DNA of 64,000 bases from Octopus vulgaris (Eukaryota). The position numbers and the translations under genes were made by a program. Positions 23,368 to 37,246 of the stretch are shown here, one piece after another (within the stretch, counting starts at the first letter, position 1; each line of letters begins with the position of its first letter). The notes under the pieces are model-generated. The model saw only the letters and a program-made list of their open reading frames with translations. It was not told the DNA's origin and ran no database searches. The stretch is taken from assembly GCA_951406725.2 (NCBI GenBank), contig OX597814.1:184946001-185010000 (forward strand), given 5' to 3'.

Positions 23368-24026
23368 AAATAAAACATAAAAATTAGTGTTGGAATTCCT
23401 TTGAATAATATATATATATATATATAAGTCCTTGGGTCAATTTGTTCGACTAAAGGCGGTGGCTCAGCATAGCCGCAGTCAAATGACTGAAACAAATGAA
23501 AGAAAAAGAATATATCTACATATACACATATACATACGCACATATCTTTATAGACAGAGTCATGCCTGCGTCTGGAGTATAGGTTTCAACGACAAGCGAG
23601 CCATTAAATAACCCACCTTTTGGGAAACAATTCACAGTGAAGTCCAACTGAGCCGATGTGTATACAGTCACAGCGCTAATAAGTGGAAAACGAGGCTTGT
23701 CTGTCTGTGTTGAAACTAGCGATATGTTTACTGTCTACTGAAATATTTCATTACAGAGAAGACATACGCTGCGTTGTCTAGCTAAACAAAAAAACAAAAA
23801 ACTGTATATATAAACACACACATACACATATAAATACACACACACACACACACATACTTGTTCAGTAGCAGCTGTAACCAAGATGAATATACAGAAATCT
23901 AACAATCAAGGTAAACATTAGGCCAGACGAGGACTGATCATTAAATAGATCTGAACATGTCTACCTTTATTCACCTACACACACACACAAACACACATAC
24001 ACACACACACACAAACACACACAAAC

Positions 24027-24057
<31 letters not shown>

Positions 24058-24253
24058 TTCATACACACTCACACGCAGGTACACAAGCGCACTAATGCTA
24101 ACGAAGCACACTTAACACGCACATACATGAATACACTCCTAAGCAACTACATGTACACATACATGATATATATATATATATATATACTACAATACGTATA
24201 TAGTAGTATATGTATATAGACACTTATATGTACATACATACACACACACACAC

Positions 24254-24284
<31 letters not shown>

Positions 24285-25014
24285 CACATTTTATACATTT
24301 ATATATTTATATACACATAGATACTTTTTACACATATATATATGCGAGTGTGCAAATATATATATATGTAGACACATACATTTGTATACAAATGAAATAT
24401 TTACGTCTGAATTCTCGCTTGTTTTCCCCGCCCCGCTTTCTCTTCCTCACTCTCAATTATATATTGATTCTAACTGCAGGCCAATTCGATTGTCGTATCG
24501 ACTTTGATCTTGTATCTACCCGAATTCTTCATTCACCCAGTTTGACACTTGTCTTTTATAAGACCGAGACCAATAACTACTGCGAGCATTGCGAATATAC
24601 GCAGGCATTTTAATCATTTATATCGCATCCTTCTAGAACAAACATATCTCTTGTGTATCGTTTAAAAAATTCAGGCTACAGTTGTTGTCTGGTGAAGGTT
24701 CAGTTATAGACGTACTGTATTAAAAATACAATATTCTTCAGAGCCAGGCGAAAGTCGTCTGGCTCTGAAGAAAATCGACCCGGTAGTGACCATGAGGTGC
24801 GCATTTCTCCATTAATGCGGCTTGTCAATGTAACACACGTGAATCGATTTGACATAAAGCTGTCTCCGTCGATATAGCACATATAGAAACTGTGAATAAA
24901 CAACTTATGGACCCTGAAATAAGGTCGCAAAACTGAATAAATTTTCCAAGTATGCAATAGAAGTTATACATTAAAATCGTTTTCGTATCCAACAGGTAGA
25001 ATATTTTGATACTC

Positions 25015-25196
25015 TACCTGTTTGTGTTCAAACTGACTAGATCTTGCCTCTCATACCGATCCTACAATGTCATTCTAACAATAAACAATCATATCATCAA
25101 AATCTCAAAGCTATGCGATTATGTATGATTAATTCAAAACAATGTGAACGAATAAACATTACATTTGACAGAATAATCTGAATGCTAAAGGGTTAA
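25015..25196. mobile_element. piggyBac-like MITE end
   Basis: Terminates GAATGCTAAAGGG|TTAA; the left terminus is degenerate. Confidence 0.45.
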
Positions 25197-25470
25197 AGTC
25201 ATTGCTATATCGTCTTTGTAAAGGTATCTTGGACGCTTTGTCAATGGAACCGGTTAGAATTAATTTCTAGTTTAGTATGAAAGGTTTATTTACCTAATTG
25301 TGACCTTCATAGTCTGTAATTTTGATGCTGTGTTAAAATTCATTATTTTATCTTATTCGAGGATAAAAGGTGGCAAGTTATCTGAGTTCTTAGTACATCG
25401 GATAATGCCTAGCGATATTTCTTCCGTCTCTTTACATTCTGAGATCAAATTTTGTCGAGGCCTTTGATGG

Positions 25471-25502
<32 letters not shown>

Positions 25503-25503
<1 letters not shown>

Positions 25504-25620
25504 CTCTTTTACTTGTTTCAGTCATTTGACTGCGGCCATGCTGGAGCACCGCCTTTAGTCGAGCAAATCGACCCTAGTACTTATTTTATCGGTCTCTTTT
25601 GCCGAACTGCTAAGTTACGT
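25503..25620 (-). mobile_element. Group A SINE tail fragment
   Basis: TACTCTTTTACTTGTTTCAGTCATTTGACTGCGGCCATGCTGGAGCACCGCC. Confidence 0.8.
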
Positions 25621-25755
25621 TTCCGTCCCGACATCCGAAACTCGGAGCTTTATCATGGCTACCGAATAAATGTCACATATTATATTTACAGATAAATTCC
25701 TCTATCTACATAATATCGAGGTGTCTTTCATTCTTTTGTTGTCTTACCATTTCTA

Positions 25756-25813
<58 letters not shown>

Positions 25814-25916
25814 GGAGTAAACACATAAATGTGAAACAAGGTGGAAAAAAGAGTACTCAAATACCAGTGGTAGAGTAATATGCTTTATTCAAAAGCAGCA
25901 GAAAATTCAACAAAAC

Positions 25917-25955
25917 CTGTTACTCTGAGTTTCACGTTCCCGTTCGTCGGACAGT
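25917..25955 (-). ncRNA. Minimal type I hammerhead motif (U4C variant) in a Penelope-LTR-like fragment
   Basis: Minus strand: ACTGT-CCGACGA-ACG ggaa CGT-GAAA-CTC a GAG-TA-ACAG; all three stems pair, GUA cleavage triplet. Confidence 0.65.
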
Positions 25956-25968
25956 TTTTGCTAGAATG

Positions 25969-26017
<49 letters not shown>

Positions 26018-26722
26018 TTGCACACACACTCAAGCACACACGAACGCACGTACCCACATACACCTAAACGTGCACATACATTGAGCTACTCTAAAGTTCG
26101 TATCATTCTACTTTGTGATATATCTAATTTCGTTTCATCTCCTAGAAATAGTAATCATATCTTCCTCAAATATCTAACCGCATAAAAATACATTGGACGA
26201 CATATTTGTAGAAATTAAGACATGTGATAGCCGTTGCATTAAGACGTTTGGTCATAAGTGTGTGAATGAAACTGATCTGCGGCTAAACAACGTTAGAAAA
26301 ATAAGCAAAACATATTTATGTTAGGATTTATTCCATCCACGTCCCAGAAATGAAAGAACAAAATAAATCTTCCTTTTATATTTTTTCAAGCACAATCATT
26401 ATTTGAAGAGTTAGGTTCGTTTTCTTTGCTGCTGTATTTAATTACTTTCTTTTAAGAATCTCACGTTTCGTCGGTAACCTTTTAAGGCAAATATGCCTAC
26501 TTAGCAAAGAAAAATAATGAAAAAATATAAATGCAAATCCTTTTTCAGTGATATAAAATGTAAATAAATTTTGTAAGCATATTTAGGATTTGAAATATTT
26601 CGGGCTGGTCTTTTCTTTCTCTGTGCAACTTCATAAACTTCTTGTCTTTTTCTTCCCCTACACTCTCCATATCTTTCTCTTTCTGTCTTTCTGTCTTTCT
26701 CTCGCGTTTCTCTATCTATCTT

Positions 26723-26811
<89 letters not shown>

Positions 26812-26814
26812 TTA

Positions 26815-26876
<62 letters not shown>

Positions 26877-26911
26877 CATACATATATACATACACACACA
26901 CATACACACAC

Positions 26912-26959
<48 letters not shown>

Positions 26960-26966
<7 letters not shown>

Positions 26967-27819
26967 CTATCTCCTACCTTGAAGAGTCTGCGTTTGAAAT
27001 CCAGGAACAGGAGATATCAACCGAATACCTGATGCACAAAAGTGATGGAGATGCATGAAAAGCAGTAAAATGTGACAATTGATGCAGGTCATCACTGATG
27101 AAACATGATGTTGTAGCTAGGACACTCTATAAGGAAATCCGTCGGAAGGATAACACCGAGGACAAAGAAATAAGAACCCACATTATGGTAGAAGCCATAG
27201 CCACTCATAATAAAGAGAACTGGTGGAGTGTCCCAGTGAAGACCTTAAGAAACTGTGCACAGTTGTGGAAATTAGCTGCCCAGCGGATGTTAACATAGAG
27301 ATGAAGATCAGTGAAAAAGAGAATACTTAACGATGAACTATTGATAAATCTACAGTTACTCTATCCAGATTACAAGTTCAGGTTTATACCTGTAATTATT
27401 GGGGGCCTGGGATATGTAACACACTGACTAAATCTTGGAGAAATTACGCTTCTCAAAACCAGAAAGGAGAACGTTAATTCGAAGACTACAGATCCAATCC
27501 ATTACTGGAACTGTAAAAATCTGTAAAACTTTCCAGAAGTTTATCATTTAAATATATATATATATATAAGCATGTCTAGATATGCAACTATATGCATCAG
27601 AATACATACATGAAACAAAACGTAAAAATCTGCACATATAAATACATACATACATACATACATACATACATACATACATACATACATACATAAGACAGAG
27701 AGACAGACAGAGAAAAGTAGTCCGTTGTTGATGTTGAAATTCCAATGAAAGAGCCTTGGATCTAGGTTAGAAACCGGCTCATTATTGGCAAGAAATCTCG
27801 AAATATAACTGAACAATGA
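26960..27819 (+). mobile_element. Decayed 3' part of a third R4-like RLE retrotransposon family ending in (CATA)n
   Basis: [28 protein letters not shown] (RHD motif), RFIPVIIGGLGYVT, LIRRLQIQSITGTVKICKTFQKFII*; 3' UTR ends ACTGAACAATGA|CATACATAC. Confidence 0.75.
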
Positions 27820-29330
27820 CATACATACATATATATATATATTCACACGACGTATGTGCGTGTGAGTATGTGCGCATGCGTCCGTATCTCCTACACATAT
27901 GCCTGAGTTGCACGTGCTTTCATATGCATGTGCATATGTGTATGTGTATGTGTGTGTGTGCATATGTACGTTTATGTGTGTATGAGGTAAGCGGTCGGTT
28001 TTGTGTATGAATTTGTGAGTGTATATATGTGTGTGTTAGTATGTATGCGTGTGCACGCGCATGTGTATGCGTATGTGTATGTGTGTATGTGTGTGTGTGT
28101 TTCTGTGTGCGCGTGCGCGTATTCAGAACTCCAAATGAACACGTCGATGCTATAAAAATAAAATGAAAGAAGTTTGAAGTTTGAGATTATCTTGTTATTA
28201 GTGCGAATCGACTGAGGAATCAAGCCATTTTCGTTCTCAAATTTCTAAGTGACCTAGCCGAGACCTGACAGTTCTTTTTGCACTGACGGCGTCCAAACTA
28301 TAATCACTTTAGAAACTGGATAGTTATGGCCCTCAGAGAAACGTCTAATTGACATTTTTTTTTCTGTTTTCATCTCAAGCTTCTCTTACAAACACGCTGT
28401 CAACCATTCAACGAAATAAAATAATGAAAGAAAATAGAAGAAATGAAAGTGAACGAGGAGAAAGAGTGTTAATGAGATAGAAAACGAGAGAGACTAAAAA
28501 AGAGAGAGAAAGGGAGAAAGATGAGGAACGCATACTATGGCAGAGATGAGGAAGAGACACTATGAGGGAGAAGTGAGGAGGAAGAGACCCAATGAGAGAG
28601 AAGTGGGGAGGAAGAGACACCATGATGGAGAAGTGAAGAGCGAGAGACACAATGAGGCAGAAGTGAGGAAGGAGAGATAAAATGAACTAAAGGAGAGATT
28701 TGTGGGGAAGTATGGGAAATAAATATAATTTGAGATTAACGACACCTGACAATTACTACGAAGCCCACTTCGAAGGGGAAAAGAGGAGAGAGAGAGAGCA
28801 AAAGGTACTTCCTTGGTTCTCACTTATAACGACTACTTCTCATCAAAACACCTCCAGCGCCATCGCCGCCATCAAATTTTTTTCGTTTATTTTTAAATTG
28901 TCTTTCTCGAGACACCACTATTTGCAAACTGCTGGTCACTAATGGGGCTCAAATAATCTTCTTGAATGAAATGTGCGTTATATTCATATTAGATTCACTG
29001 AACCTATAATAAGTGCATGGCTGAAGAGAGAATTAATGCTAATGTCACAATCATTCCTGCTAACTATTTTGTCACTCTTCAAGGAAATCAATGCTAATGG
29101 TTGCTGTAAGGCCATCTTGGTTTGGTGATTTTTCTCTTTAAATTTCATAACTCACTATTGCGAATTCACTAAATAAATAAATACACTCATACACACACAC
29201 GCACATACACATTTAAATACAAACTTATATGTGTGTGTATGTATCTGTGTCTTTGTGTCTGTATGTGTGTATATGAATTATGTATGTAGGTATATACACA
29301 TGTACGTACAAACGTGTAGAAAGATAATGA

Positions 29331-29449
<119 letters not shown>

Positions 29450-29508
29450 GCATAGATAGATGTAGATATATATATATATGGAAGTATATACATACATACA
29501 TATATATA

Positions 29509-29845
29509 GTGAAGGCGCATGGCTCAGTGGTTAGAGCATCGATCTTACGATTGTGAGATTGTGAGTTCGAATCCCAGACCGGGCTGCGTGTTGTGTTCTT
29601 GAACAAGATACTTTATTTCACGTTGCTCCATTTCACTCTGCTGTAGAAATGAGTTGCGATGTCACAGGTGCTAAGCTGTATCGGCCCCTTTGCCTTTCCC
29701 TTGGTGACACTGGAGGCGTGGAGGGAGGAGGCCGGTATGCATGGGCGACTGTTAGTCTTCCATAAACAACCTTGCCCGGACTTGTGCCTGCGAGGGTAAT
29801 TTTCTAGGTGCAATCCCATGGTCAGTCATGACCAAAGTGGGTCTC
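29509..29845 (+). mobile_element. tRNA-derived SINE (group C-related, different body)
   Basis: A box TGGCTCAGTGG, B box GAGTTCGAATCC, head shared with group C. Confidence 0.75.
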
Positions 29846-30806
29846 AGCTCAGCTCAACATAATGGCATACTTGCATAGAGAAAAAGAGAAAATGGAATTC
29901 AGGAGGTTCTTTATTAATCACAACGATCGTTTCCATCAATCCCTCGTGGGGGAGATTCCGAACAACTTCTTGTGGAGTAGATGCATTTCGTCAGGTGACA
30001 TTTCAAAAGTACTTCTCTCAATAAAATCGATTTTGCCTGGTTCGATTATGCATTTCGTTATTTGCCTGTAGCTAGTTGCAATACAGAGTCAGTTTTGTGG
30101 TTTGGAATATATATATATATAGGATTTCGTCTACCCGTCTTTACTCACAAGGTGCAAGGTGGTGTATACATAAGTATATACCTACCTACCTACATACATA
30201 TATATATATATATACATACATGCATACATACATACATACATACATACATACATACATACATACATACATACATACATACATACATACGTACATATATACA
30301 TACATACATAGTGTTGTACTCTCAATACTCTCACTTATTGTGTTTACCACTCCTGGTACATGTTTTGTGAACACAGCAAGCCAACGATTGTTCTGTGTTT
30401 TCACAATATGTTCGTATTGGAGCTTCTGGCGTGAATGCCAAGCAGTACAGCATGTCGTTTCCAAATTTCTGGCAGAGTGAATTGCGCCATGGTGTTATTT
30501 TACTCAGAGACGGTACCCAACCGACCCTACTATACTATGTAGTCGACAAAATCAAAAACAAACAATGCGCAAACGTGAAATTAAAAATATAAAATGGCTG
30601 CAATCTACCCATCGCACCCTGTGAAAACTTAAGGTGGTTTTAGAGTCGGTTCATGTCTGCTATTTTCAGGATGGTGGTATCTTGTAGATACCATAATTTA
30701 TAATTTTAATAATTATTACCTTTGAAGGTTATTTTTTCCATGCTGACCACTTGATAAGTTCGTTATTTTATTTTAAATTAACGATCTTATACTTATATAT
30801 ATATAT

Positions 30807-30992
30807 TTAATTAATTAATAAAAAGAAACGAAGAAAAAGACAAGAAAGAACAACCGTATGCGGACGTAGCACATGTAAAGTATTAATAAGACGCTCAGAG
30901 AAGAAAACAGTGGTTGTTTTATGTTTGAAGCATAGCTTTTCCTCAGAAACAGGTAACACAGGAAAGTCCAAAGGAAAAGGAAGAAGAGAGTC
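30807..30992 (-). mobile_element. Older copy of the Penelope-LTR-like fragment at 1-178
   Basis: Minus strand ...GTTTCTGAGGAAAAAGCTATGCTTCAAACATAAAAC...CTGAGCGTCTTATTAATACTTTAC...; hammerhead core degenerate; ends at (TA)n. Confidence 0.6.
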
Positions 30993-31145
30993 GTTTATGT
31001 GAAACGTTTTGAAGTGCATTCATAAAACGCTCCCATTTGTAATATCGTATGGGTGGGGAATACAGCTAAAACATGAGGTTTGTGGAAACGTACGTAGCAA
31101 TATGTTATAGGATTTATGAATTTTCATCAAAACATTTTGCTATTA

Positions 31146-31182
<37 letters not shown>

Positions 31183-31204
31183 TATATTATATTCTGTTCT
31201 GTTC

Positions 31205-31330
31205 TGAGTTCTCATTCCTAAAGTATTTTTCGATGCTATTATTATTATTATTATTCAGGTCACTGCTTGTAATCGAACTCGGAATCTTGGGATTAGTAAC
31301 CTGCGCTCTTAACCACTATGCCATATGAGC
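31205..31330 (-). mobile_element. Truncated copy of the tRNA-(AAT)n-hammerhead SINE
   Basis: Same tRNA-like head, short (AAT)n spacer and CATCGAAAA(A)TACTTTAGGAATGAGAAC segment as 53761-54164; ends before the ribozyme. Confidence 0.8.
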
Positions 31331-31459
31331 GTATAATATAATATAATATAATATAATATAATAAATGTCAATGTCAGTGTTTCAGTATTTCACGCTTTTT
31401 CAACTTTACTCCTAGAGGCCGTAACCCAACATATCAAACCATTTTGGAATCAGACTGAC

Positions 31460-31830
31460 ACTGTGAGTAAATTAAAATCGCTCCCGGCCGAATCCTGAGC
31501 CACAATCCCGAAATTTTGGATTCCTAAGCTTTCGTTACTGAGATTGTTTCCGGTGAATTTTTACGTGACTTTTTGCGACAATCTTTTGTGTATGATAACA
31601 ATTTTTAAAATCTAAAGGTTAATTCCGTGAGTAAATTGAAAAAATTCCGGGCCGAATCCGGACCTACAATCCTGAAATTTTGGATTCCTATGATTTAGTA
31701 ACTGCGACTGTTTTCGGCGATTTCTTTTTTTTTTTTTGTGCGACGAATATAATCATCATTGGGATATGACTCTGGAGGAAGCAATTGCAACAAATTCTCC
31801 AAAACAAGTCTGAGATCTGTTTGCAGATCT
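31460..31830 (+). mobile_element. Helitron relic: diverged ~115-bp direct repeats plus RepHel fragment
   Basis: Repeats at ~31464-31578 and ~31628-31745; 31745-31825 reads EYNHHWDMTLEEAIATNSPKQV*DLFA, resembling the RepHel WD.TL.EA....SP.QIR.LFA motif. Confidence 0.5.
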
Positions 31831-33196
31831 TCCCATTCAGGGTCACTTGCTTTTAAGCTGGTATATAGCTTTTAAGTAACAACATCTTCATTGAGATATG
31901 ATCATGGTTTTTATCAGTGCCCGTTATTGGATTGTTTATAGCTTTAAAATTACATGATAATGATAGCCAACATAGAAATCTACCAAATTTTGACCTAGAC
32001 CAGGTACAACATTGTTGACCGTATGCTGGACACACCATAAGAAAAGCTTTATATGTGTTGCACATTCAACTTACAAAGAGCCAAAATAATTTTGCGTCTT
32101 GAATTACAAGTAATATAATGTCCAATAAGAGAATAAATACTTCAATCGATTATACTTGAGCGCTACAGTATGTCGACAGCTTGTTTTATTAAATCTGTTG
32201 GTTTTCAACCTTTTGTATCTCAACATTTTCTTTTCACCGATTGACGTTTACAAACGTTTCACCAACACCACTATCTTCATCATCTTCGTCGTCATCATCA
32301 CCATCACCACCACTACCGTCACCGCCACAACTACACCCACCATAAGTTGAATATAGCCGAACTTTGTTTTCTGATTATTCATTTCTATAGGTTAAAAACT
32401 TAACAGAAAATATCAAAATGAACTATCTCTTATATAATTGTAGAAAATCAATAACTGATCAATAATAAAAGTATATAGAAGAGTTGAAAATAAATGTTTG
32501 AATCAATAAAAATAAACCAAATCATTTATAACTTTTGCTTTAATTTCAATAAATAACATTCTTTGAAAAAATTATATTTATTAATTTAGATCTAAAAGAA
32601 ACAAACTGTGAACATTGGACCTTAGCGGATCGTCGGTCATATTTCTGCTCGCAGACAATACAATGTCATATTCTGGTAACTGACAAAGATGTTTTTGGAA
32701 AATGCGTTTAAAATTTTTGTAGCTGGTTTCATTTCTTAGAAAATCACTTAGAAAGTCACGATCGCGTTAAATGATCACATAGAGTTGCTTGTAAGACAAA
32801 TGATTTTTAATGAATATACTTGTACTGTCTGGTGTTCGCAGAACTTTTGTGAGATTTTGGTTTGATTACAGCGTGTTTGACAATATTTCCCAATCAGGGT
32901 TGCTGATACGGTAACATTTAGTAAAAGAATCAACAACCCTGGCTGATGCCTTTCAGCAGCTGACGTGTACTTGGTCAACTACCGTCACTCTTTATAAAGT
33001 GATGTCAAAGTCAAGCACACACATGTGAAACACATGATTCTAAACAGATACATACATACATGATAATTCAATCTTGATATATAATAGACGGTAATCTCCA
33101 TCATGTCTTTGTGATCTGCGAAGCTTCAAACAGATAAGATACAAAATTTCTACAGGGATCTAGCTTCCTTGTATTGTAGAAACCTTATACACTTTA

Positions 33197-33612
33197 AGGC
33201 GGTGAGCTGGCAGAAATGTTAGCACGCCGGGCGAAATGCGTAGCCGTATTTCGTCTGCAGTTACGTTCTGAGTTCAAATTCCGCCGAGGTCGACTTTGCC
33301 TTTCATCCTTTCGGGGTCGATTAAATAAGTACTAGTTACGCACTGTGGTTGATATAATCGACTTAATCCGTTTGTCTGTCTTTGTTTGTCCCCTCTGTGT
33401 TTAGCCCCTTGTGGGTAGTAAAGAAATAAGTATTTCGTCTGTCTTTACGTTCTGAGTTCAAATTCCGCCAAGGTCGATTTTGCCTTTCATCCTTTCGGGG
33501 TCGATTAAATAAGTACCAGTTACGCACTGGGGTCGATGTAACCGACTTAATCCGTCTGTCTATCCTTGTTTGTCCCCTCTGTGTTTGGCCGCTTGTGGGT
33601 AGTAAAGAAAGG
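33197..33612 (+). mobile_element. Group B SINE (dimeric body) with 17-bp TSD
   Basis: Head GGCGGTGAGCTGGCAGAA; TSD AGAAACCTTATACACTT at 33178-33194 and 33613-33629. Confidence 0.9.
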
Positions 33613-34946
33613 AGAAACCTTATACACTTCCATGTACCTTTTCAAATTAGATTTAATCCGACGGATTTTTGCACATATTACACAGGGGTTGTTACCATAA
33701 AACGATGGCCAGTAATGACTGGCCATCATGTTAGCTGCGTCTTTATTTTGCATATTACTGTATGATTTCATGTGACTTATGTAACCAGTTTTTAACAGTT
33801 GGTGTAAACCACAAAGACTGCATTTCTAACTCTTAATTTCATCTGGTGTATCCACGTTACTTCCCTTTCTCAAAATACGTTTTAGCTGTGCATGCTGCCT
33901 TTTCTGGTTAACTCAAATCTAGCAAAACTTTGCTTCACCAGAAACCTCCACCTATCTTTAATGTTAACTTTCCCTTCCCAGAATTGAACATCTATTTTCA
34001 ATTTCACTAAGTTGCCATAGATACAGAACTTGTGTTGTTTCTTTGGTTGATTTTGTAGTCATTTTCCAACTTTTAGCTCCCCATAAAATAACTGCTTGGT
34101 TATTCTTATATCTGATATACTTACAAAGTACCCTGCTCATCGAGCTTGATTTTGAACTAAGTGTTACTCAATAGATACAGGATACCATTTAAACTTGGGG
34201 CATTACTAGAGTTTAACTAATTTATTGATAACAGAATTTCACCATATTAAGTTATGTTAACCATGTACGTCAAAATGTCGCTTTGTAGAAATCTATTAAT
34301 TATTAACACGTTAAGCTCGGGAAGGGTGAAGAGCAGAACCGAAAAGTTTTATTATGTCATGGAATATAACAGACTGTTTCTCCATCATTTGATTGCAATA
34401 TGACTCTAGATGACTAAGGTTCAAATGTTTGGATAGGAAGAACTTTAAAACCTTGAAATCCTTTCAGTTGTAAGCATTTAAAGCATACAATGAGATTTAT
34501 CCTCTATGTATTTTTAATACTTCTTAATGCTGCTTTCTTTGAAGAGTGGCTGCTTTCTATGGACTTTTTATTTTTTGTATCGGGATTCACTAAAACCTTA
34601 CAAGTTGATTGATTCTTCGTCTTGCTGCTGACATACTTCTTTGCTGTTGTTGCCAAAACAGTCTGTGTATTTTATCTTTCTTTTGATTCCCAAGATAGTG
34701 ATATCCAAATCCCATACCTGATGCTCGAAATTCTTCCAAGTTTCATAGATGAATTTGTTTTGTATAAGTTTCTATATATATCTTATTGAGATAACTCATG
34801 AGCAATAACCTACTTTGGTAGTTTTGCACTATTCATGCATATTTTCCGACGAATCCAAAATTTGAGCTTAATCTGTACCAATCCATGTGTTAGGTTATGG
34901 TCACACCCTACGCTGCATAAAACACGTAGTTTACAGACATCTTGCA

Positions 34947-35344
34947 TACTCTTTTACTTGTTTCAGTCATTTGACTGTGGCCATGCTGTGGCACCCCTTT
35001 TAGTCGAGCAAATCGACCCCAGGACCTATTATTTGTAAGCCTAGTACTTAATCCATCGATCCCTTTTTGCCGAACCACTAAGTTGCGGGGACTTAAACAC
35101 ACCAGCATCGGTTGTCAAGCGATGTTGGGGGGACAACACAGACACACAAACATATAAACACACATACATATATACATGTATTCGACGGGCTTCTTTCAGT
35201 TTCCGTCTACCAAATCCACTCACAAGGCTTTGGTCGGCCCGAGGCTATAGTAGAAGAGACTTGCCCAAGGTGCCATGCAGTGGAACTGAACTCGGAACGA
35301 TGTGGTTGGTAAGCAAGCTACTTACCACACAGCCACTCCTACGC
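34947..35344 (-). mobile_element. Full-length group A SINE
   Basis: Colinear with 18852-19308. Confidence 0.9.
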
Positions 35345-35786
35345 ATATCGGACTTTCAAGTGAGGATAAAATTAATTGCGAATGTATCTATTATTTTATG
35401 CTTTAATTTTTGCCTGAAAAAGTGTGCAGATATTTAAACAGTTCAGAGCAAAGTTAAAGTAAGTACAAACCACTTATTTTCTAATGCCCAATGGTATGAC
35501 GGTTGAGTGAACTCCAACATAAACATTAAAATCTCCCGGAACAATAAGTTTTTCATGGGTAGATGTAACAGTATCGGTATTTATGAGTGATTCACAGAAA
35601 GATAAGTTTGTATCCTCGTTTACCTGAATAGTTTGCTTATACACAAACAGAATAGAGATATAACGACAATAAGCTAAAGGAATTTTCAGGTTCAATATTC
35701 CATCGTTTATGATGTATGGTAGCTTTATATCTACATACAGACTTGTTTTCACAACAAATCCGATATCTCTATCTCTCCTAATACCT

Positions 35787-36016
35787 CTTTCTTTACTACC
35801 CACAAGGGGCTAAACACAGAGGAGACAAACAAGGACAGGCAGACGGATTAAGTCAATTATATCGACTCCAGTGCGTAACTGGTACTTAATTTATTGGCCC
35901 CGAAAGGATGAAAGGCAAAGTCGACCTCGGCGAAATTTGAACTCAGAACGTAACGGCAGACAAAATACCGCCAAGCATTTCGCCCGGCGTGCTAACCTTT
36001 CTGCCAGCTTGCCACC
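35787..36016 (-). mobile_element. Group B SINE (monomer) with TSD
   Basis: TSD CTCTCCTAATACC at ~35774-35786 and ~36019-36031. Confidence 0.85.
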
Positions 36017-36996
36017 TTCTCTCCTAATACCACTTGTGTTCCCAATCTATAATACTTTGAATCCAGACGATGCTTTTGTTAAATGGTTTTTCACCAGAAA
36101 ACTTGTCTTCTGAAAGTGCTGCTATATTTATGCTGAGAGGTCGCAGTACTTTAGCAAAAAATGCCATCGGACATTAAGGATGATCTGAATCAACCAATTT
36201 ATTTCTTTACATTGTAACAACCGATATATTTTTTTAATCCTTTAGCTTAAGAATAAAGTTGTGCATTAAGTCTTTGTTCATTCCTACTTTTGATGAACTG
36301 ACTACAATCGCAGTAAACTAACCAGCATAAGCTGACAGGCAATTTTTAGTGCTCCTTTTCTAGCACTTTCCCAGACACAAAGGGACTGGGTGAGCAATGC
36401 TCTCTTAAACATGGCTACTCAGAAACTAGAAACTCCGCTGAAGCGATTCCTGTGCATGGAAATATGAGAACTACGTTAAGATAAGTTTCCAGTCGCCTTG
36501 ATTGTGTAAATTCATAACTGCACTTCCAGCTGGTTAAACCAGCACATATCACCACAATAGGTCTTTAAAACAGAGACAAGATGCACTAAAGGGAATGAAA
36601 CAGTTATACGTCATCGACTGAAGTCTCATGCACTTTTGCAATATGTATTCCATTCTCTAAGTATCATCAGGCGGATTTCAATAACAAGCATTGCAAAATG
36701 ACTAGCAGTTGCATTAGCTGTAAGTTTGTTTGCAGAATGCCTTTTCTTAGACTTTTCCCATCGAAGAATATCAGGCAATGTAAAAACGTTTGATACTTGA
36801 ATATTCCTCATTCTTAATATATAAAGAAAGTTATGAAAAGTTGCAGTTTTTCTAAAGTTTCGTACGTATCTCTTTAACGTTTGTGACTTCTATTGAAGTA
36901 GCTTGTGTCTAAGGAAGCAGCCCTTTCTTTGCGGGGAGTTTCAAACTGTTTCAAAACAAATAAGGTACGTAAGCATACACTCAAATACACACGTTT

Positions 36997-37083
<87 letters not shown>

Positions 37084-37104
37084 TGTGCGTATGTGTTAGA
37101 TAGG

Positions 37105-37161
<57 letters not shown>

Positions 37162-37174
37162 GTATCAATATATG

Positions 37175-37246
<72 letters not shown>

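Larger units (their letters stand above)
33630..36240 (-). pseudogene. Old RTE-clade LINE relic (APE endonuclease, post-RT domain, C2H2 remnant), interrupted by two SINEs
   Basis: APE: LKIPLAYCRYISILFVY...EKLIVPGDFNVYVG (35474-35780); post-RT: QAR*AGYFVSISDIRITKQLFYGELKVGK...WE...DRWR (~33930-34180); CVICAK..LKRY (~33630-33690). Confidence 0.7.

Noticed and set aside
25621-25660. Partial hammerhead-like GAAA-CTCGGAG motif
   Set aside because: The CUGANGA half is absent (truncated); it cannot be called a ribozyme.
32600-32980. Possible piggyBac Cys-rich C-terminus
   Set aside because: Only scattered cysteines; no TTAA terminus identified.
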